Source: a virus
Lineage: Duplodnaviria; Caudoviricetes
Length of the DNA stretch: 64,000 nt
Virus record (IMG/VR): IMGVR_UViG_3300027129_000004
Coordinates: 24,107 to 88,106 of that record
Strand: one strand, 5' to 3'
Position 1 is the stretch's first letter, and each line of letters opens with the position of its first letter. The translations under genes were made by a program, and so were the position numbers. This document shows positions 32,624-44,432 of this stretch, in pieces. The notes beneath the pieces were generated by a model, which was not told the origin of the DNA, searched no databases, and was given only the letters and a program-made list of their open reading frames with translations.

Positions 32624-35600
32624 ATGTCTGAAATCAAAAGAGTAAAAATTCAATCTATTGTTGAATCACAAATTCCAGAATTTTTAAATGATGATTCACC
32701 ACTTTTCAGGGAATTTTTAGAGCAGTATTATATTTCTCAAGAACATCAAACTGGTGTTGTAGACTTGTCAGTCAATTTACAACAATATAAGAGTATTGAT
32801 AACTTCAATAATGAAACATTTTATACTCAAGCAGTTCCTTGCATCTTAGCAGAAGACGTAACTTCTTTTGATGATATCATTCCTGTCAATCATACAATTG
32901 GATTTCCCCGAAAATATGGTTTATTGAAAATTGATAATGAAATTATCACATATACTGGTATTACTACAAATAGTTTTACTGGATGTGTTCGTGGATTTAG
33001 TGGAATAGACCAACATTCAAATAATGAATCTTTTGTATTTTCAACCACTGATTCAGCATCTCACACCAAAGCAGGAACAGTAACGAATTTAAATTTATTA
33101 TTCTTTAATGAAATATTTAAAAAATTTAAAACTCAATTTTTACCTGGATTTGAGGATAGGCAATTTGCAAAAGGATTAAATTTAAAAAATATTTTATCCA
33201 GAGCAAAAGATTTTTACATCTCAAAAGGAACTGATACATCCTATAAAATTTTATTCAGCATTCTTTTTGGTAAAGACATTCAAGTTATTAAACCACAAGA
33301 TTATCTTTTAAGACCATCAGATAATAATTATTTGGTGACTAAAAATATTTTAGTCGAACAGATAGTTAGAGATGAAACATTTAGAGTTAATGATTCTGAT
33401 TTAAGAAAACAATTAAAAGGAAAAACTATATTTGAAACTTTAAGTAATGGCAAAACTGCTAGTGCTGCTGTTTATAATGTAGAGTATAGACCAGTAGATG
33501 ATAGAGATTTATATGAAATTTCTTTAGATTCCACTTCTTTTATATTTAATTTTGAACCTACAAAAAAAACAAATATTTCCGAACTTGTCTCTGGAGGTTC
33601 TACTTCTATTATAGTGGATTCCACAGTTGGATTTAAGGAAAGTGGTTCTTTGTTTATAAATCCATCAAATTTGGCAAATCCAATAACTCTAACTTATACG
33701 GATAAGACTTTAAACGAATTTCTTGGAGTTTCTGGTGTTATTACGAATTTAAATTTTGGCGAAGAACTGGTAGAGGAAAACTTTTTATACTCGTATCTAG
33801 ATGATGGAACTAAAGTCGAATTTAGATTAATTAATGTTATTGATACTATTGATTATTCTGAAACATCTAGTTTGAGAATTGGAGACAAGATTCAACTTTC
33901 TTCATTTGGAAATGATTTGAATGATAGAAAAGAATTTAATTTTTGGAACTATAATATACCAACAACTCATAAAATAAAATCCATTGCTAATAATAGAATA
34001 TATTTTTATGATAAATTAACTTTTATTGTTGGAGATAAATTTAATTTATTGAATCCAAATGATGAAAATGATAATCTTTTATCTGCAACAGTAAAAGATT
34101 ATGGGTTTAATGATAATGGATACTATGTTGATATCGATGAAACATTAAATATATCATCAAAAACTGAAATCAAAAAAATAATTAAAAAGGCAAATAGTGC
34201 TTTAGATTATTTTCCGTCTATTGTTGATTTGCCAACAGGAGTTCAGAATACTTATGTTGATTATGATTTTAGTAATTTTTATGTTACTTCTTCTGGACTA
34301 CCAAATGATAAGATTTATGCAACAGATAGAAAAACAAAAGTTACTGCAGGCGTAGGTAATACAAATATTTTAAATTGCCCCAATCATAAATTTTATACTG
34401 GGGAAAAAATTTATTATAGTCCGTCTTCCAATTCTGGAATTAAAACATCAATTTACTTTTTGACAAGTATTGATGATAATAATATTAAACTTTCTTATAG
34501 TAATACTGATTTATATACCAAAAATTATATTAGATTTTCAAATGTGGGGACTGGAGATTATTTTGTAAAATTAAATTATCAAAATAAAACATTAGAACAT
34601 CAAAAATTATTTAAAAAGTTCAATTTAACTAAAAAAGAACAATTTTTTGACAATCCAGAAAAAAGAAAAACAATCAATAAAAAAATAGGTATTTTGGCGG
34701 ATGGAGTTGAATTATTTTCAACTACTATTTTCCAAGATAATATTTACTATGGAAAATTAAACTCCGTATCTGTTAATGCAACAGGACAAGGATATGATGT
34801 AATTAATTTTTCTGGAATAACCGTTGAGGATAATTCTGGATCTGGTGCTATATTAAATGGATGTATAACAGGAAGTCTAAAAGAGGTAAAATTATTATCT
34901 CCAGGAATTGGTTATCAGTCAAAACCAAAAATTACTCTTACTGGTGGAAATGGTTCTGGTGCTGTATTAGAATCAAATTTAGTAAAAACAAGAATTACTT
35001 CAAATTTTAAAGCAACTAGTATATACAGCAATAGTATTAATTTTTCACAAAACCATAATTTTGACAATTCAGAAGAAGTTTTTTACAGTAAAAATTCAAA
35101 TACTTCTATATCTCCTCTCATTGATGGTGCTTCATATTTTGTTGGTGTAACTAGCACAACACAAATTAAATTATATAATACAAAAAATGATTCTATATCT
35201 GGAATTAATACCATTTCAATTAGTGGTATTGGTTATTCTGGAGTTCATAGTTTCAAAACAGTAAATTCAAAAAATACAATAACAAAAATATATGTAAAAA
35301 ATGGTGGATTTGGATATTCAAATAGATTTGTGTCAGTTCCATCATTATTATCGGCAGATAATCAATCAAATGGAATTAATACTTTTGATGATTATATTTT
35401 TGCAAAAAACCATAATTTCAAAAATGAAGATTTGGTTTTATATACAACATCAGATACTGTGGTATCTGGATTGTCAACTCAAATCAATTATCACGTAACA
35501 GTAGTTGATGAAAATAAATTTAAACTATCAATTGCTGGAGTTTCTACAAATATTTCTAGAGAAAATTATATTAATAAAAAATATGTAAGTTTTGCTTCTA

Positions 35601-38600
35601 TTGGTGTTGGAACTCACAAATTTTCATATCCATCAATTGAGATTGGTGTTGAATCAATTAGTGGAATTGCTACCACAATTGTAGAACCATCCTTAGATCC
35701 GATTGTTCTTGGTTCTTTTGATAATATTTTTATAGAAAATACTGGAAGCAATTATGGAACACCAGATATTCTAAACTTCCATAGAAAACCATTTGTTTCT
35801 GTAAGAAAACAAACATCAGAAGCAATATTAAAACCAGTCGTTTCTAATGGTTTGATTGTTGATGTCCAAATATTAAATGCAGGAAATGGATATGCAAATG
35901 ACATTGACATTGTTGTTACTAGTGAAAGTGGAAAATATGCTGAATTATATCCAACTGTGGTAAATGGAAAAATAACTCAAGTTTTAGTTATCAATTCTGG
36001 AATAAACTATGATGAAACAAATACATCAATAACCATAAAGAAAAGAGGTTCTGGTGCTAGATTTGAAGGTAATATTTTCGAATGGCAAATAAATCAAATT
36101 GAAAAAAATAAGTCAATCATTAACTCTGAAGATGAAGGTGTTATTATACCAAGTGATGTTGACAAATTCGGATTACAATTTATAAATTATTATCCTTCCA
36201 AAAAATTAAGAAAAAATTTAAATAATTTTATCGATATAGAAGGAAATGAAAATCCACCAGCAGCAACAACAAATCCATATCAAATTTTAGGATGGGCTTA
36301 CGACGGAAATCCTATTTTTGGTCCTTATGGTAAAGTAAATGGGCAAATCAAAAGATTAAAATCAAGCTATAATAAAATTAGTGAGTCGGAAAAAAATCAA
36401 TTAATTGATTTAAATGTAAGACCAAATTTTGATGCTGGATTTTTTATTGATGATTTTTATTTTGATAGATCAGTATCTGAGGGAGATTTGGACGAGTGTA
36501 ATGGAATGTTTATAAACACTCTTGATTTTCCAAATATTAATTATGGATATTTCCTCAGTCTTGATGATGATGGAAATCCACAATATCCATATTTAATTGG
36601 TTCAAAGTTTAAAGATTTACCAATAGAAGAAAATTTTGAACCATCTTTCAACCAGGAATTGGATTTTAATAATTTGGATATAGTGAGAAATACTGGTCCA
36701 TATTATTTGAATTCTACATATGCATCCTATGGTTTAATTAATAAAATAGAATCAAAATACAAACAAGAATTTGTAGTAAAACAAATACGGTCTTCTGGTA
36801 TAAATTCTGTTTCAATTTATGATCCAGGTCAAGATTATAAATCAGGTGATAATATTGTTTTTGATAATTCAACTTCTGGTGGAACTGGATTATCTGCTGT
36901 AATTTCAAGAATTGAAGGAAAAGAAGTTTCGAATATTCAAATTGGAGTATCTACTTTTTCTGGTGTAACTTTTATCACAAAGGGAACAAGAATAAAAGGA
37001 ATTACAGAAACACCCCACAATTTGATTACAAATGATGAAATTTTAGTCACTTCCATTTCTTCTAGTCCGTATAATTATATTCAAGGATTTAAAAAAGTAT
37101 TAATAAATCAAAAAAGTGTTAGTTTAATAAATGATATTCCAAACCAATCAACTACTGGTGTAACAACTTATATTACTGTAAATGATATTTCTGGATTTGA
37201 AGTCGATAACTTAATTGGAATTGATACAGAAACTTTAAGAGTTATTGATATTTCATCTTCGGAATCAAAATTATTTGTAAATCGATATGAAAATTATACT
37301 GGAATTCATACTGCAGGAATTGCATCCGTAGTATTACTTCCAAATACATTTACATTCGATGCTCCCCAATATAATGATACTATCATAGAAAATAAAACCA
37401 CTTATTTCAATCCCAGCAATACAATAGGGATAGGAACAATTGGAACAAATTATTATAAATTGGTTGGTGTTAAAACTGATTTTGGAACATTTAATGCTGG
37501 AATAACCAGTTATATTGGAATTAATACTACTGCATTGGAAATTGGTGATTATGTTTCGGGAACTAATGTTTCTGCTGGGACAACTGTTATAAGTGTTGGA
37601 ATTGGAAGTATTCAAATTTCACCAAGTCATACTCTTGGTGGAGGAATTTCCACTTCTTTAATTACCTTTAAAAGATCAGTATATGATAAATTTGTTCCAT
37701 CTCGTTCAATTTATATACCAAATCACAAATATTACACAGGCCAATCTTTAACTTATAATGTTGGGTTGGGCGGAAATGGTATTGTAGTATCAAATACTGG
37801 CACAGGTTCTACATTTAGATTAAATCAAAATCAAACAGTCTATGCAGTCAATTTGGGAAATGACTATGTTGGATTATCTACCTTAGGTTTTACAACAACT
37901 ACAGGAATTGGATCAACATCAAATTCATTGTATTTTAGTTCATCAACAAATATTGGATTAGCACATTCATTAGCAACACAATATTCAAAACTTACTGGAA
38001 CTTTTGAAAATTATTCCGTAACTGTTTCTACAGCACAAACACATGGATTACAAACAGACGATAAAATAAAATTCAATGTATTTCCAAGTTTTTCAAATAC
38101 AATAAAATTAAGATACGATACTGCACTCAGAAAAATCACAACAGATAAAATTGATTTTGATGCTTCTTCAGTTGGTGTAAATACACAAACAAATGAGATT
38201 ACTATAACTGGCAATAAATTAAAAACTGGTGATAAAGTTGTTTATTATACTAATGGAAATACCTCCATTGGTGGATTGACTAATAATAATACTTATTACA
38301 TCTTAAAAGAAAACCCAGACAAAATAAAATTATCAAATTATCTTTACGACACAGCAGTCGGAACTTGTATTAGTTTCACAAGTGTTGGTGTTTCCAATCA
38401 TAGCATTGCTCTTATTAATCCACCAATCAGTCTCACTAAAGGTGATATATTGACTTTTGACTTAAGTGATGCTTCTGATATGGATTTGAGGTTATACAAA
38501 GATCCAAATTTTGCTAAAGAAATTGAAAACTTTAAATATATCAGCAATAACACAAGAGTATTAAATACTCAAACGACTGATGTTCCAAATGAACTATACT

Positions 38601-40948
38601 ATAATTTAATACCATTAACAGATTCATTTACAGAATTATTCCAAATTTCTTACGACAAAGAAGTTGTTGCAAACAATAGAATTAAAATTGTTCCTAGTGC
38701 ATTCAATAATGAATATCCAATTATAGGAATTGGAAGTACAGCATTCAAATTTAATTTAAACACAAAACCAGAAAATACATCATATACAACTTCAAGTGGA
38801 GTATCTACTATTTTTTATGATACAAATTCTACCAATACTTCTGGACCAATATCAAAAATAAAAGTTAATTTTGGTGGAAAAAGATACACAAAATTACCAA
38901 AAATATCTTCAATTGAAACTGTTTCTGGAAAAAATGCAATTCTCAAATCATCATCTTCTACCATAGGAAAAGTTGATTACTTAGAGAGAGTCAAAGATGG
39001 TTTTGACTACCCAACTGATAGCACATTAACACCATTTTTGAGCTCTCCAGCAATAGTTCAAATTAAAGATATTTCAAGGGTTGATTATGTTGGCATAATA
39101 ACTGGAGGAAAAGGATACAATACTGCTCCATCACTCAAAGTTATTGGAAATGATAAGATAAAGTTATCTGCCGAATTACAAAGTGGAAGTATTGTTGGTG
39201 TAAAAGTTGTTGAAAACACTAATGATTTAATCACACCATTAAGAATTGTACCTATAAACAATTCTAATGGATATGAGATTGATGACATCGTAGCAGAAAA
39301 TGATGGTTCTACAGTTACTTTAGAATTATTAAATGATACTCAATTATATCCATTAATTACAACTGGATATGGAAAAACAGAAACCGTATTCCCATTTGCT
39401 GTTGGAGATGAAATCTTTATAGAAAAATGCAGACAACAAGATAAAACAAAAGACAATTTCAACTCAAAAGATTATGGATATAAGTTTTTCACTGTAACTG
39501 GAATAAGTTTAGAAAATTTTACAGTAACCTTTAGTATGACTGGAGTGAAAGATACATTAAATTTAAATCAAAATAATCGTGAAGGTAATTATATCAATAC
39601 TTATGGTTATGGTGTTGTAATCAATAAAAAGGATATGCCCGAATTTGAGATGATTCTTATTGATGATTTGAATTATATTTCTGGGGAAAAAGTTACTGGA
39701 TTTGATAACTCTGGTAATTCAGTATTTTCTGCAATTGTTATGGAAAATGGTTGGGATAATGATATCAATCAATTGCGATTGGTTGATGCAAAAGGTGAAT
39801 TGGAAGTTGGAAATAAACTAAGAGGTGAAAAATCATTATTGAATGGTACTGTTGAATTTGCCAATAAGTTCAACTTAAAATCAACACTTGGAGCAACAAG
39901 AGATAAAGTCAATGATGCTGGGAATGAAGTTGGTTTTTTAAATAACTATCAACAAAGAATTTCAGACAATTCTTATTATCAAAAGTTTTCATATTCAATT
40001 AAGAGTGAAGTATCTTATGATGTATGGAAAGAACCAGTTCGTTCTGTTATTCACCCAGCAGGGTTTAAAGAATTTTCTGATTTAGATATAATTAGTATTG
40101 TTCCATCAACTGCAACCAAAAATCTAAAAGTTGGAATTGCAAACTCCACGTTAGATTTAATTATAAATCTTGATGATGTATCGTCATTTTATAGTAGAAA
40201 TAATCTATCATTAGTCACAGAAGATGAAGAAAGTTTATTTGAAGATGGTTCAATTGAGAGGGTAAATATTGGAGCAGAAGAAGCAAATGTTGCTGGTATT
40301 GGTATAACTGGACCCATTTTTGGTGTAGCACTCAAACCTTATACTTTAAGTAAAACAAATAAGGTTTTGGTAATGGACGACATAAGTAGTCAATTTGATG
40401 GTTCAAACGAGTACATTTCAATCGGAACAACAACTGCTACATTTGATAGTTTCTATCCATATTATATAAATCTCAATACTGACAATTTAAATGTTGGTGA
40501 TTATGTGGGATTTTCTGCTCTACTTATCCCAGACAATACCGTTATTACTGAAATTGGTATTGGTAGTGTAAGATTGAATCTTCCACACAGATTAAATCAC
40601 GGCATTGAAACATCTAGTGTAAAAATTAGAAGAAGACTTGCTGGAAGTTCTGTAGTTGGAAGTAAATCTTTCAGTTTAACTAGTAAGGGAACACCATTAT
40701 TCTATCGTGAATTTGATAGTTCTAATAGCAATATTGTTAGTATTGATAATGATATCATAAATCTTCCAAATCATAATTTCCAAACGGGACAGAAAATACT
40801 ATATTCTGGAGTAATTGGAAATATAAACCCAACAGGGGCAGCAACTACATCGGTTGATGATGCATTTGCTTATGGTATAAACAAAAAATTTGATGATACT
40901 ATCTGGGCTTCATTTGATATGACTACATTTACATTCGACTCAAATTAA
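32624..40948 (+). CDS. baseplate wedge initiator gp7-like giant protein (N-terminal part)
   Basis: follows gp6; QIPEF, FL.QYY.SQE, KDFY.SKGT, YYQ.FSY.IKS, HPAGF motifs; YHYH-like segment (GWAYDGNPIFGPY, DLDECNG). Confidence 0.75.
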   Translation: MSEIKRVKIQSIVESQIPEFLNDDSPLFREFLEQYYISQEHQTGVVDLSVNLQQYKSIDNFNNETFYTQAVPCILAEDVTSFDDIIPVNHTIGFPRKYGLLKIDNEIITYTGITTNSFTGCVRGFSGIDQHSNNESFVFSTTDSASHTKAGTVTNLNLLFFNEIFKKFKTQFLPGFEDRQFAKGLNLKNILSRAKDFYISKGTDTSYKILFSILFGKDIQVIKPQDYLLRPSDNNYLVTKNILVEQIVRDETFRVNDSDLRKQLKGKTIFETLSNGKTASAAVYNVEYRPVDDRDLYEISLDSTSFIFNFEPTKKTNISELVSGGSTSIIVDSTVGFKESGSLFINPSNLANPITLTYTDKTLNEFLGVSGVITNLNFGEELVEENFLYSYLDDGTKVEFRLINVIDTIDYSETSSLRIGDKIQLSSFGNDLNDRKEFNFWNYNIPTTHKIKSIANNRIYFYDKLTFIVGDKFNLLNPNDENDNLLSATVKDYGFNDNGYYVDIDETLNISSKTEIKKIIKKANSALDYFPSIVDLPTGVQNTYVDYDFSNFYVTSSGLPNDKIYATDRKTKVTAGVGNTNILNCPNHKFYTGEKIYYSPSSNSGIKTSIYFLTSIDDNNIKLSYSNTDLYTKNYIRFSNVGTGDYFVKLNYQNKTLEHQKLFKKFNLTKKEQFFDNPEKRKTINKKIGILADGVELFSTTIFQDNIYYGKLNSVSVNATGQGYDVINFSGITVEDNSGSGAILNGCITGSLKEVKLLSPGIGYQSKPKITLTGGNGSGAVLESNLVKTRITSNFKATSIYSNSINFSQNHNFDNSEEVFYSKNSNTSISPLIDGASYFVGVTSTTQIKLYNTKNDSISGINTISISGIGYSGVHSFKTVNSKNTITKIYVKNGGFGYSNRFVSVPSLLSADNQSNGINTFDDYIFAKNHNFKNEDLVLYTTSDTVVSGLSTQINYHVTVVDENKFKLSIAGVSTNISRENYINKKYVSFASIGVGTHKFSYPSIEIGVESISGIATTIVEPSLDPIVLGSFDNIFIENTGSNYGTPDILNFHRKPFVSVRKQTSEAILKPVVSNGLIVDVQILNAGNGYANDIDIVVTSESGKYAELYPTVVNGKITQVLVINSGINYDETNTSITIKKRGSGARFEGNIFEWQINQIEKNKSIINSEDEGVIIPSDVDKFGLQFINYYPSKKLRKNLNNFIDIEGNENPPAATTNPYQILGWAYDGNPIFGPYGKVNGQIKRLKSSYNKISESEKNQLIDLNVRPNFDAGFFIDDFYFDRSVSEGDLDECNGMFINTLDFPNINYGYFLSLDDDGNPQYPYLIGSKFKDLPIEENFEPSFNQELDFNNLDIVRNTGPYYLNSTYASYGLINKIESKYKQEFVVKQIRSSGINSVSIYDPGQDYKSGDNIVFDNSTSGGTGLSAVISRIEGKEVSNIQIGVSTFSGVTFITKGTRIKGITETPHNLITNDEILVTSISSSPYNYIQGFKKVLINQKSVSLINDIPNQSTTGVTTYITVNDISGFEVDNLIGIDTETLRVIDISSSESKLFVNRYENYTGIHTAGIASVVLLPNTFTFDAPQYNDTIIENKTTYFNPSNTIGIGTIGTNYYKLVGVKTDFGTFNAGITSYIGINTTALEIGDYVSGTNVSAGTTVISVGIGSIQISPSHTLGGGISTSLITFKRSVYDKFVPSRSIYIPNHKYYTGQSLTYNVGLGGNGIVVSNTGTGSTFRLNQNQTVYAVNLGNDYVGLSTLGFTTTTGIGSTSNSLYFSSSTNIGLAHSLATQYSKLTGTFENYSVTVSTAQTHGLQTDDKIKFNVFPSFSNTIKLRYDTALRKITTDKIDFDASSVGVNTQTNEITITGNKLKTGDKVVYYTNGNTSIGGLTNNNTYYILKENPDKIKLSNYLYDTAVGTCISFTSVGVSNHSIALINPPISLTKGDILTFDLSDASDMDLRLYKDPNFAKEIENFKYISNNTRVLNTQTTDVPNELYYNLIPLTDSFTELFQISYDKEVVANNRIKIVPSAFNNEYPIIGIGSTAFKFNLNTKPENTSYTTSSGVSTIFYDTNSTNTSGPISKIKVNFGGKRYTKLPKISSIETVSGKNAILKSSSSTIGKVDYLERVKDGFDYPTDSTLTPFLSSPAIVQIKDISRVDYVGIITGGKGYNTAPSLKVIGNDKIKLSAELQSGSIVGVKVVENTNDLITPLRIVPINNSNGYEIDDIVAENDGSTVTLELLNDTQLYPLITTGYGKTETVFPFAVGDEIFIEKCRQQDKTKDNFNSKDYGYKFFTVTGISLENFTVTFSMTGVKDTLNLNQNNREGNYINTYGYGVVINKKDMPEFEMILIDDLNYISGEKVTGFDNSGNSVFSAIVMENGWDNDINQLRLVDAKGELEVGNKLRGEKSLLNGTVEFANKFNLKSTLGATRDKVNDAGNEVGFLNNYQQRISDNSYYQKFSYSIKSEVSYDVWKEPVRSVIHPAGFKEFSDLDIISIVPSTATKNLKVGIANSTLDLIINLDDVSSFYSRNNLSLVTEDEESLFEDGSIERVNIGAEEANVAGIGITGPIFGVALKPYTLSKTNKVLVMDDISSQFDGSNEYISIGTTTATFDSFYPYYINLNTDNLNVGDYVGFSALLIPDNTVITEIGIGSVRLNLPHRLNHGIETSSVKIRRRLAGSSVVGSKSFSLTSKGTPLFYREFDSSNSNIVSIDNDIINLPNHNFQTGQKILYSGVIGNINPTGAATTSVDDAFAYGINKKFDDTIWASFDMTTFTFDSN

Positions 40949-40951
40949 AAC

Positions 40952-40958
40952 ATAAATA
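40952..40958 (+). promoter_or_regulatory. late promoter
   Basis: ATAAATA in the intergenic gap. Confidence 0.6.
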
Positions 40959-40982
40959 AACAAAAAGGCAGTCTATTAAATA

Positions 40983-42866
40983 ATGGCGAAACTAGGAATA
41001 TTTACTGGAACCTCACCAAATGATACTACTGGAGATACCTTATCTCAAGGTGCTGTAAAGATTAATAGTAACTTTAATGAAATTTATAATGCAATTGGAG
41101 ATGGGACAAATATAACAAATAGTCTTTCATCTATTACAGTTGCTGGACTTTCTACATTCACCAATGGACCAATGTTAGTTGGTTCTGGGATACAAACAGG
41201 AACCTCAAAACTTCAAATATCTGGAAATACTTTTATCACAGGTTCTGTTGGTGTAGGAACCACAAATCCATCATCAAAACTTCATATTGTTGGTGATGGT
41301 AGATTTACTGGTATAGTTACTGCTTCTAGTTTTAGTGGTAATGCTTCTTCTTCTGGTTATGCTACAACAGCAGGTATAGCAACTTACGCTACCAATGCTG
41401 GAACTTCAACATCAGTCATTGGTGGTATTGGTTCTATTACACAACTTCGAGTTACTGGAATTTCTACATTCGCAAATGGACCAGTTCTGATAGGTGGTGA
41501 AACTTCCACAGGAACATCAGGTCAAGTTTTTCAAGTCACTGGTATCAGTAGTGGTGTTTATATTGGTGGTTCAGTTGGTATTGGAACTACAAATCCAATA
41601 TCAAAACTTCACGTTGTCGGTAATTTACAAGTTGACGGAACAATTACTGGTAGTTTTTCTGGTACTCTTGAAAATGCAACAACAGCAACTAATGTTATTG
41701 GTGGTATTGGTTCCATTACACAACTTCAAGTTGGTCCTGGCATTACAACAGTAGGATTTATTACTGCCACTAGTGCTTATGTTGGAGTTGCAACAGTAGG
41801 GATTATTACTGCCACCAATCTTCGAGTTTCTGGCATCACAACAGTAGGTTTTATTACTGCTACTAGTGCTTATATTGGAGTTGCAACAGTAGATTTTATT
41901 ACTGCTACTAATTCTTATGTTTCTGGTGTTTCCACTTTTTCTGGTAATTCTTATTTTTCCAATTCAATAGGTATAGGAATTACAACTCCAACATCTTCGT
42001 TATCTGTAAATGGTTCAACGGTGATTGGAACAGAATTATTAAATATGACTGGTTTATCCAGTACATTCACAACTGTTGGAAGTAATACTTTTACAGTTCC
42101 TGCTGGTGTAACAAAGATTTCTGCTGTATTGATTGGTGGTGGTGGAGCAGGTGGTGCCTCTGGTGGTTCTTCTGGTGGAAATGGTGGAGGTGGAGGAGGA
42201 CTGATATATGTTAACGATTATTCAGTAACTCCAGGACAAACTCTCAATATCACTGTTGGTGCTGGTGGTGTTGCAGTTTCCGAAGGTGCGGGAGGAAATG
42301 GTGGAGATAGTTCAATAACAGGGATTGCTACAGCATTTGGAGGAAAAGGTGGTGCATCTGATTATCAAGGATCAGTTGGTGCTGGTGGTTCTGGTTCTGG
42401 AGGTCAAGGTGGAGCAACTGGAGGTTCTGGTGGCAGAGCAACATTAAATAGTGGTGCTGGAGGTGGAGGTTCTGGTGGTTATAGTGGCAATGGAGGAACT
42501 GGTGGAAATGGAGCAGGTGGTAGTGGAGGTGCAGGATCTGGTGGTGGAGCAGGTGGTGGAGCAGGTGGTGGTGACTCTGGATCTGGTGGTGGTGGAGTTG
42601 GTGTATTAGGACAAGGAACTTCTGGATCACTATCAAATGGTGCTGGAAATGCTGGTTCTGGTGGATCAAATGGATTAACTGGAAATACAACTAATGGTGC
42701 TGGTGGTGGGATATATGGTGGTGGAGGTGGTGGTGGTGATGGTGGTGCTGGATCTGTTATTGGAGGAAATGGGGCACAAGGTATTGTAAGAATTATATGG
42801 TCTCCAAGTTCTAAGTTTTCTAGATTATTCCCAACAAATCAAGTTGGAAACAGTATAAATCAATAA
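40983..42866 (+). CDS. tail fibre/baseplate-attached protein with gp9/gp10-like N-terminus and Gly-rich C-domain
   Basis: GT.PNDTTGDTL..GA.KIN.NF.EIY; VGIGTTNP repeats; GGGGAGG domain. Confidence 0.7.
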   Translation: MAKLGIFTGTSPNDTTGDTLSQGAVKINSNFNEIYNAIGDGTNITNSLSSITVAGLSTFTNGPMLVGSGIQTGTSKLQISGNTFITGSVGVGTTNPSSKLHIVGDGRFTGIVTASSFSGNASSSGYATTAGIATYATNAGTSTSVIGGIGSITQLRVTGISTFANGPVLIGGETSTGTSGQVFQVTGISSGVYIGGSVGIGTTNPISKLHVVGNLQVDGTITGSFSGTLENATTATNVIGGIGSITQLQVGPGITTVGFITATSAYVGVATVGIITATNLRVSGITTVGFITATSAYIGVATVDFITATNSYVSGVSTFSGNSYFSNSIGIGITTPTSSLSVNGSTVIGTELLNMTGLSSTFTTVGSNTFTVPAGVTKISAVLIGGGGAGGASGGSSGGNGGGGGGLIYVNDYSVTPGQTLNITVGAGGVAVSEGAGGNGGDSSITGIATAFGGKGGASDYQGSVGAGGSGSGGQGGATGGSGGRATLNSGAGGGGSGGYSGNGGTGGNGAGGSGGAGSGGGAGGGAGGGDSGSGGGGVGVLGQGTSGSLSNGAGNAGSGGSNGLTGNTTNGAGGGIYGGGGGGGDGGAGSVIGGNGAQGIVRIIWSPSSKFSRLFPTNQVGNSINQ

Positions 42867-42881
42867 AGGTATTAAAGAAAA

Positions 42882-44390
42882 ATGGCAAACAACACAGGAA
42901 CATTTTTTAACGTTAATGATAATGATGGCATACCTTTAGTTGGTGTTTCTACTGATGGTAAAGTGATGATCAATCACCTTTATGGAAACTGCTTGATTGG
43001 TTCAACATCAGCAACAGGAACAGCATCACAACCACTTCAAGTTACTGGTGGTGCTTATGTTTCTGGTTCTGTTGGTATAGGAACCACAAATCCAACCTCA
43101 AAACTATCAATCGTTGGTGATGGCAACTTTACTGGTGTCGTTACTTCTACTGGAGGTTTTGTAGGAAGTCTTACTGGAACAGCAACTACTGCCAATAACG
43201 TAAGTTCTACTATTGATATTAATACTTCTGGTATTATAACTGCTTCTAGTTTTACTGGAAATCTTACTGGTACAGCAACTACTGCTAATAACGTAAGTTC
43301 TACTATTAACATAAACACTAGTGGGATTATAACTTCTACTGGAGGTTTTGTAGGAAGTCTTACTGGTACAGCAACTACTGCCAATAACGTAAGTTCTGCT
43401 ATTGATATTAATACTTCCGGTATTATAACTTCTACTGGAGGTTTTGTAGGAAATCTTACTGGTACAGCAACTACTGCTACACATCTTGAAGATGCTGAAA
43501 ATATAACAACTGGCACAATAGCAAGAGAAAGATTAACTGGAACTTATGATATTAATATTACTGGGTCTGTAGTAAGTTCTGGTCAAGTGCTTGATAATTT
43601 GACCACTACTGGACTTTCCACATTTACCAATGGACCAGTATTAGTTGGTTCTGGAATACGAACAGGAACATCAAAACTTCAAGTATCTGGAGATACTTTT
43701 ATCACAGGAAATATTGGCATTGGAACCACAAATCCAACTGCAAAAGTCCATATAGGTGCTGCAACAACTTCTGACCCAGGCGGTTCTCCATTAAAAATTG
43801 GAGCAGGAACTACCATTTTAGCAACACCAGAAGTAGGTGCGATTGAGTATGATGGTTCTTACTTATATCAGACTCCAAACTCTACCTCTGGTAGAGCATA
43901 TGTTCCTCCTGTTTATTCATTTAGAAGAACTACTGATGGTTCAGCAATTGGTAACGCAATTGCTGATTTCTTTACAACACCAAGTTCATTAAGTTTAGAG
44001 GCATCATCGGTCTATAAAATTACTTGCTTCGCATACTTTACAAAAACTACAGCAGGTACTGCAACTTGGACTCATACGTTTTCTTCTGCTCCTACTATAT
44101 TCACATCATCTCTCACATATTCGCCAGTTACTGGTATTGCAAATGGAACACAGACAAATGTACTTTCATACTCTGGAGGTCAGTCTACTGCTTCGATGGC
44201 TCATGCTGCTACTGCATCATTATCTACGGGAGTGAATCATTTTTCAAGATTTGAATTAATTGCTGTAACAAATGCTGCCACTAACTGGAGACTTCGTTTA
44301 ACTCAAAGTGCTGGTACTGCTACTCCACTTGCTGGTAGTTTTTATACAATAGAAAAAGTAGGTCCATCAACTGGTACATTTGTCGCATAA
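42882..44390 (+). CDS. tail fibre-like protein
   Basis: VGIGTTNP repeats and tandem F.G.LTGTATTA units. Confidence 0.65.
   Translation: MANNTGTFFNVNDNDGIPLVGVSTDGKVMINHLYGNCLIGSTSATGTASQPLQVTGGAYVSGSVGIGTTNPTSKLSIVGDGNFTGVVTSTGGFVGSLTGTATTANNVSSTIDINTSGIITASSFTGNLTGTATTANNVSSTININTSGIITSTGGFVGSLTGTATTANNVSSAIDINTSGIITSTGGFVGNLTGTATTATHLEDAENITTGTIARERLTGTYDINITGSVVSSGQVLDNLTTTGLSTFTNGPVLVGSGIRTGTSKLQVSGDTFITGNIGIGTTNPTAKVHIGAATTSDPGGSPLKIGAGTTILATPEVGAIEYDGSYLYQTPNSTSGRAYVPPVYSFRRTTDGSAIGNAIADFFTTPSSLSLEASSVYKITCFAYFTKTTAGTATWTHTFSSAPTIFTSSLTYSPVTGIANGTQTNVLSYSGGQSTASMAHAATASLSTGVNHFSRFELIAVTNAATNWRLRLTQSAGTATPLAGSFYTIEKVGPSTGTFVA
43143..43481 (+). repeat. tandem repeat of 93-96 bp, about 3.5 copies, in a fibre gene
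   Basis: TSTGGFVGSLTGTATTANNVSSTIDINTSGII units. Confidence 0.85.
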
Positions 44391-44397
44391 GTCCTCA

Positions 44398-44404
44398 ATA
44401 AATA
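44398..44404 (+). promoter_or_regulatory. late promoter
   Basis: ATAAATA. Confidence 0.6.
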
Positions 44405-44432
44405 TAAGAATAAAAGAGTAGTTTTCGTAATA

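Noticed and set aside
42130-42780. GGT-rich low-complexity DNA as a non-coding repeat
   Set aside because: It is the in-frame glycine-rich domain of the fibre gene
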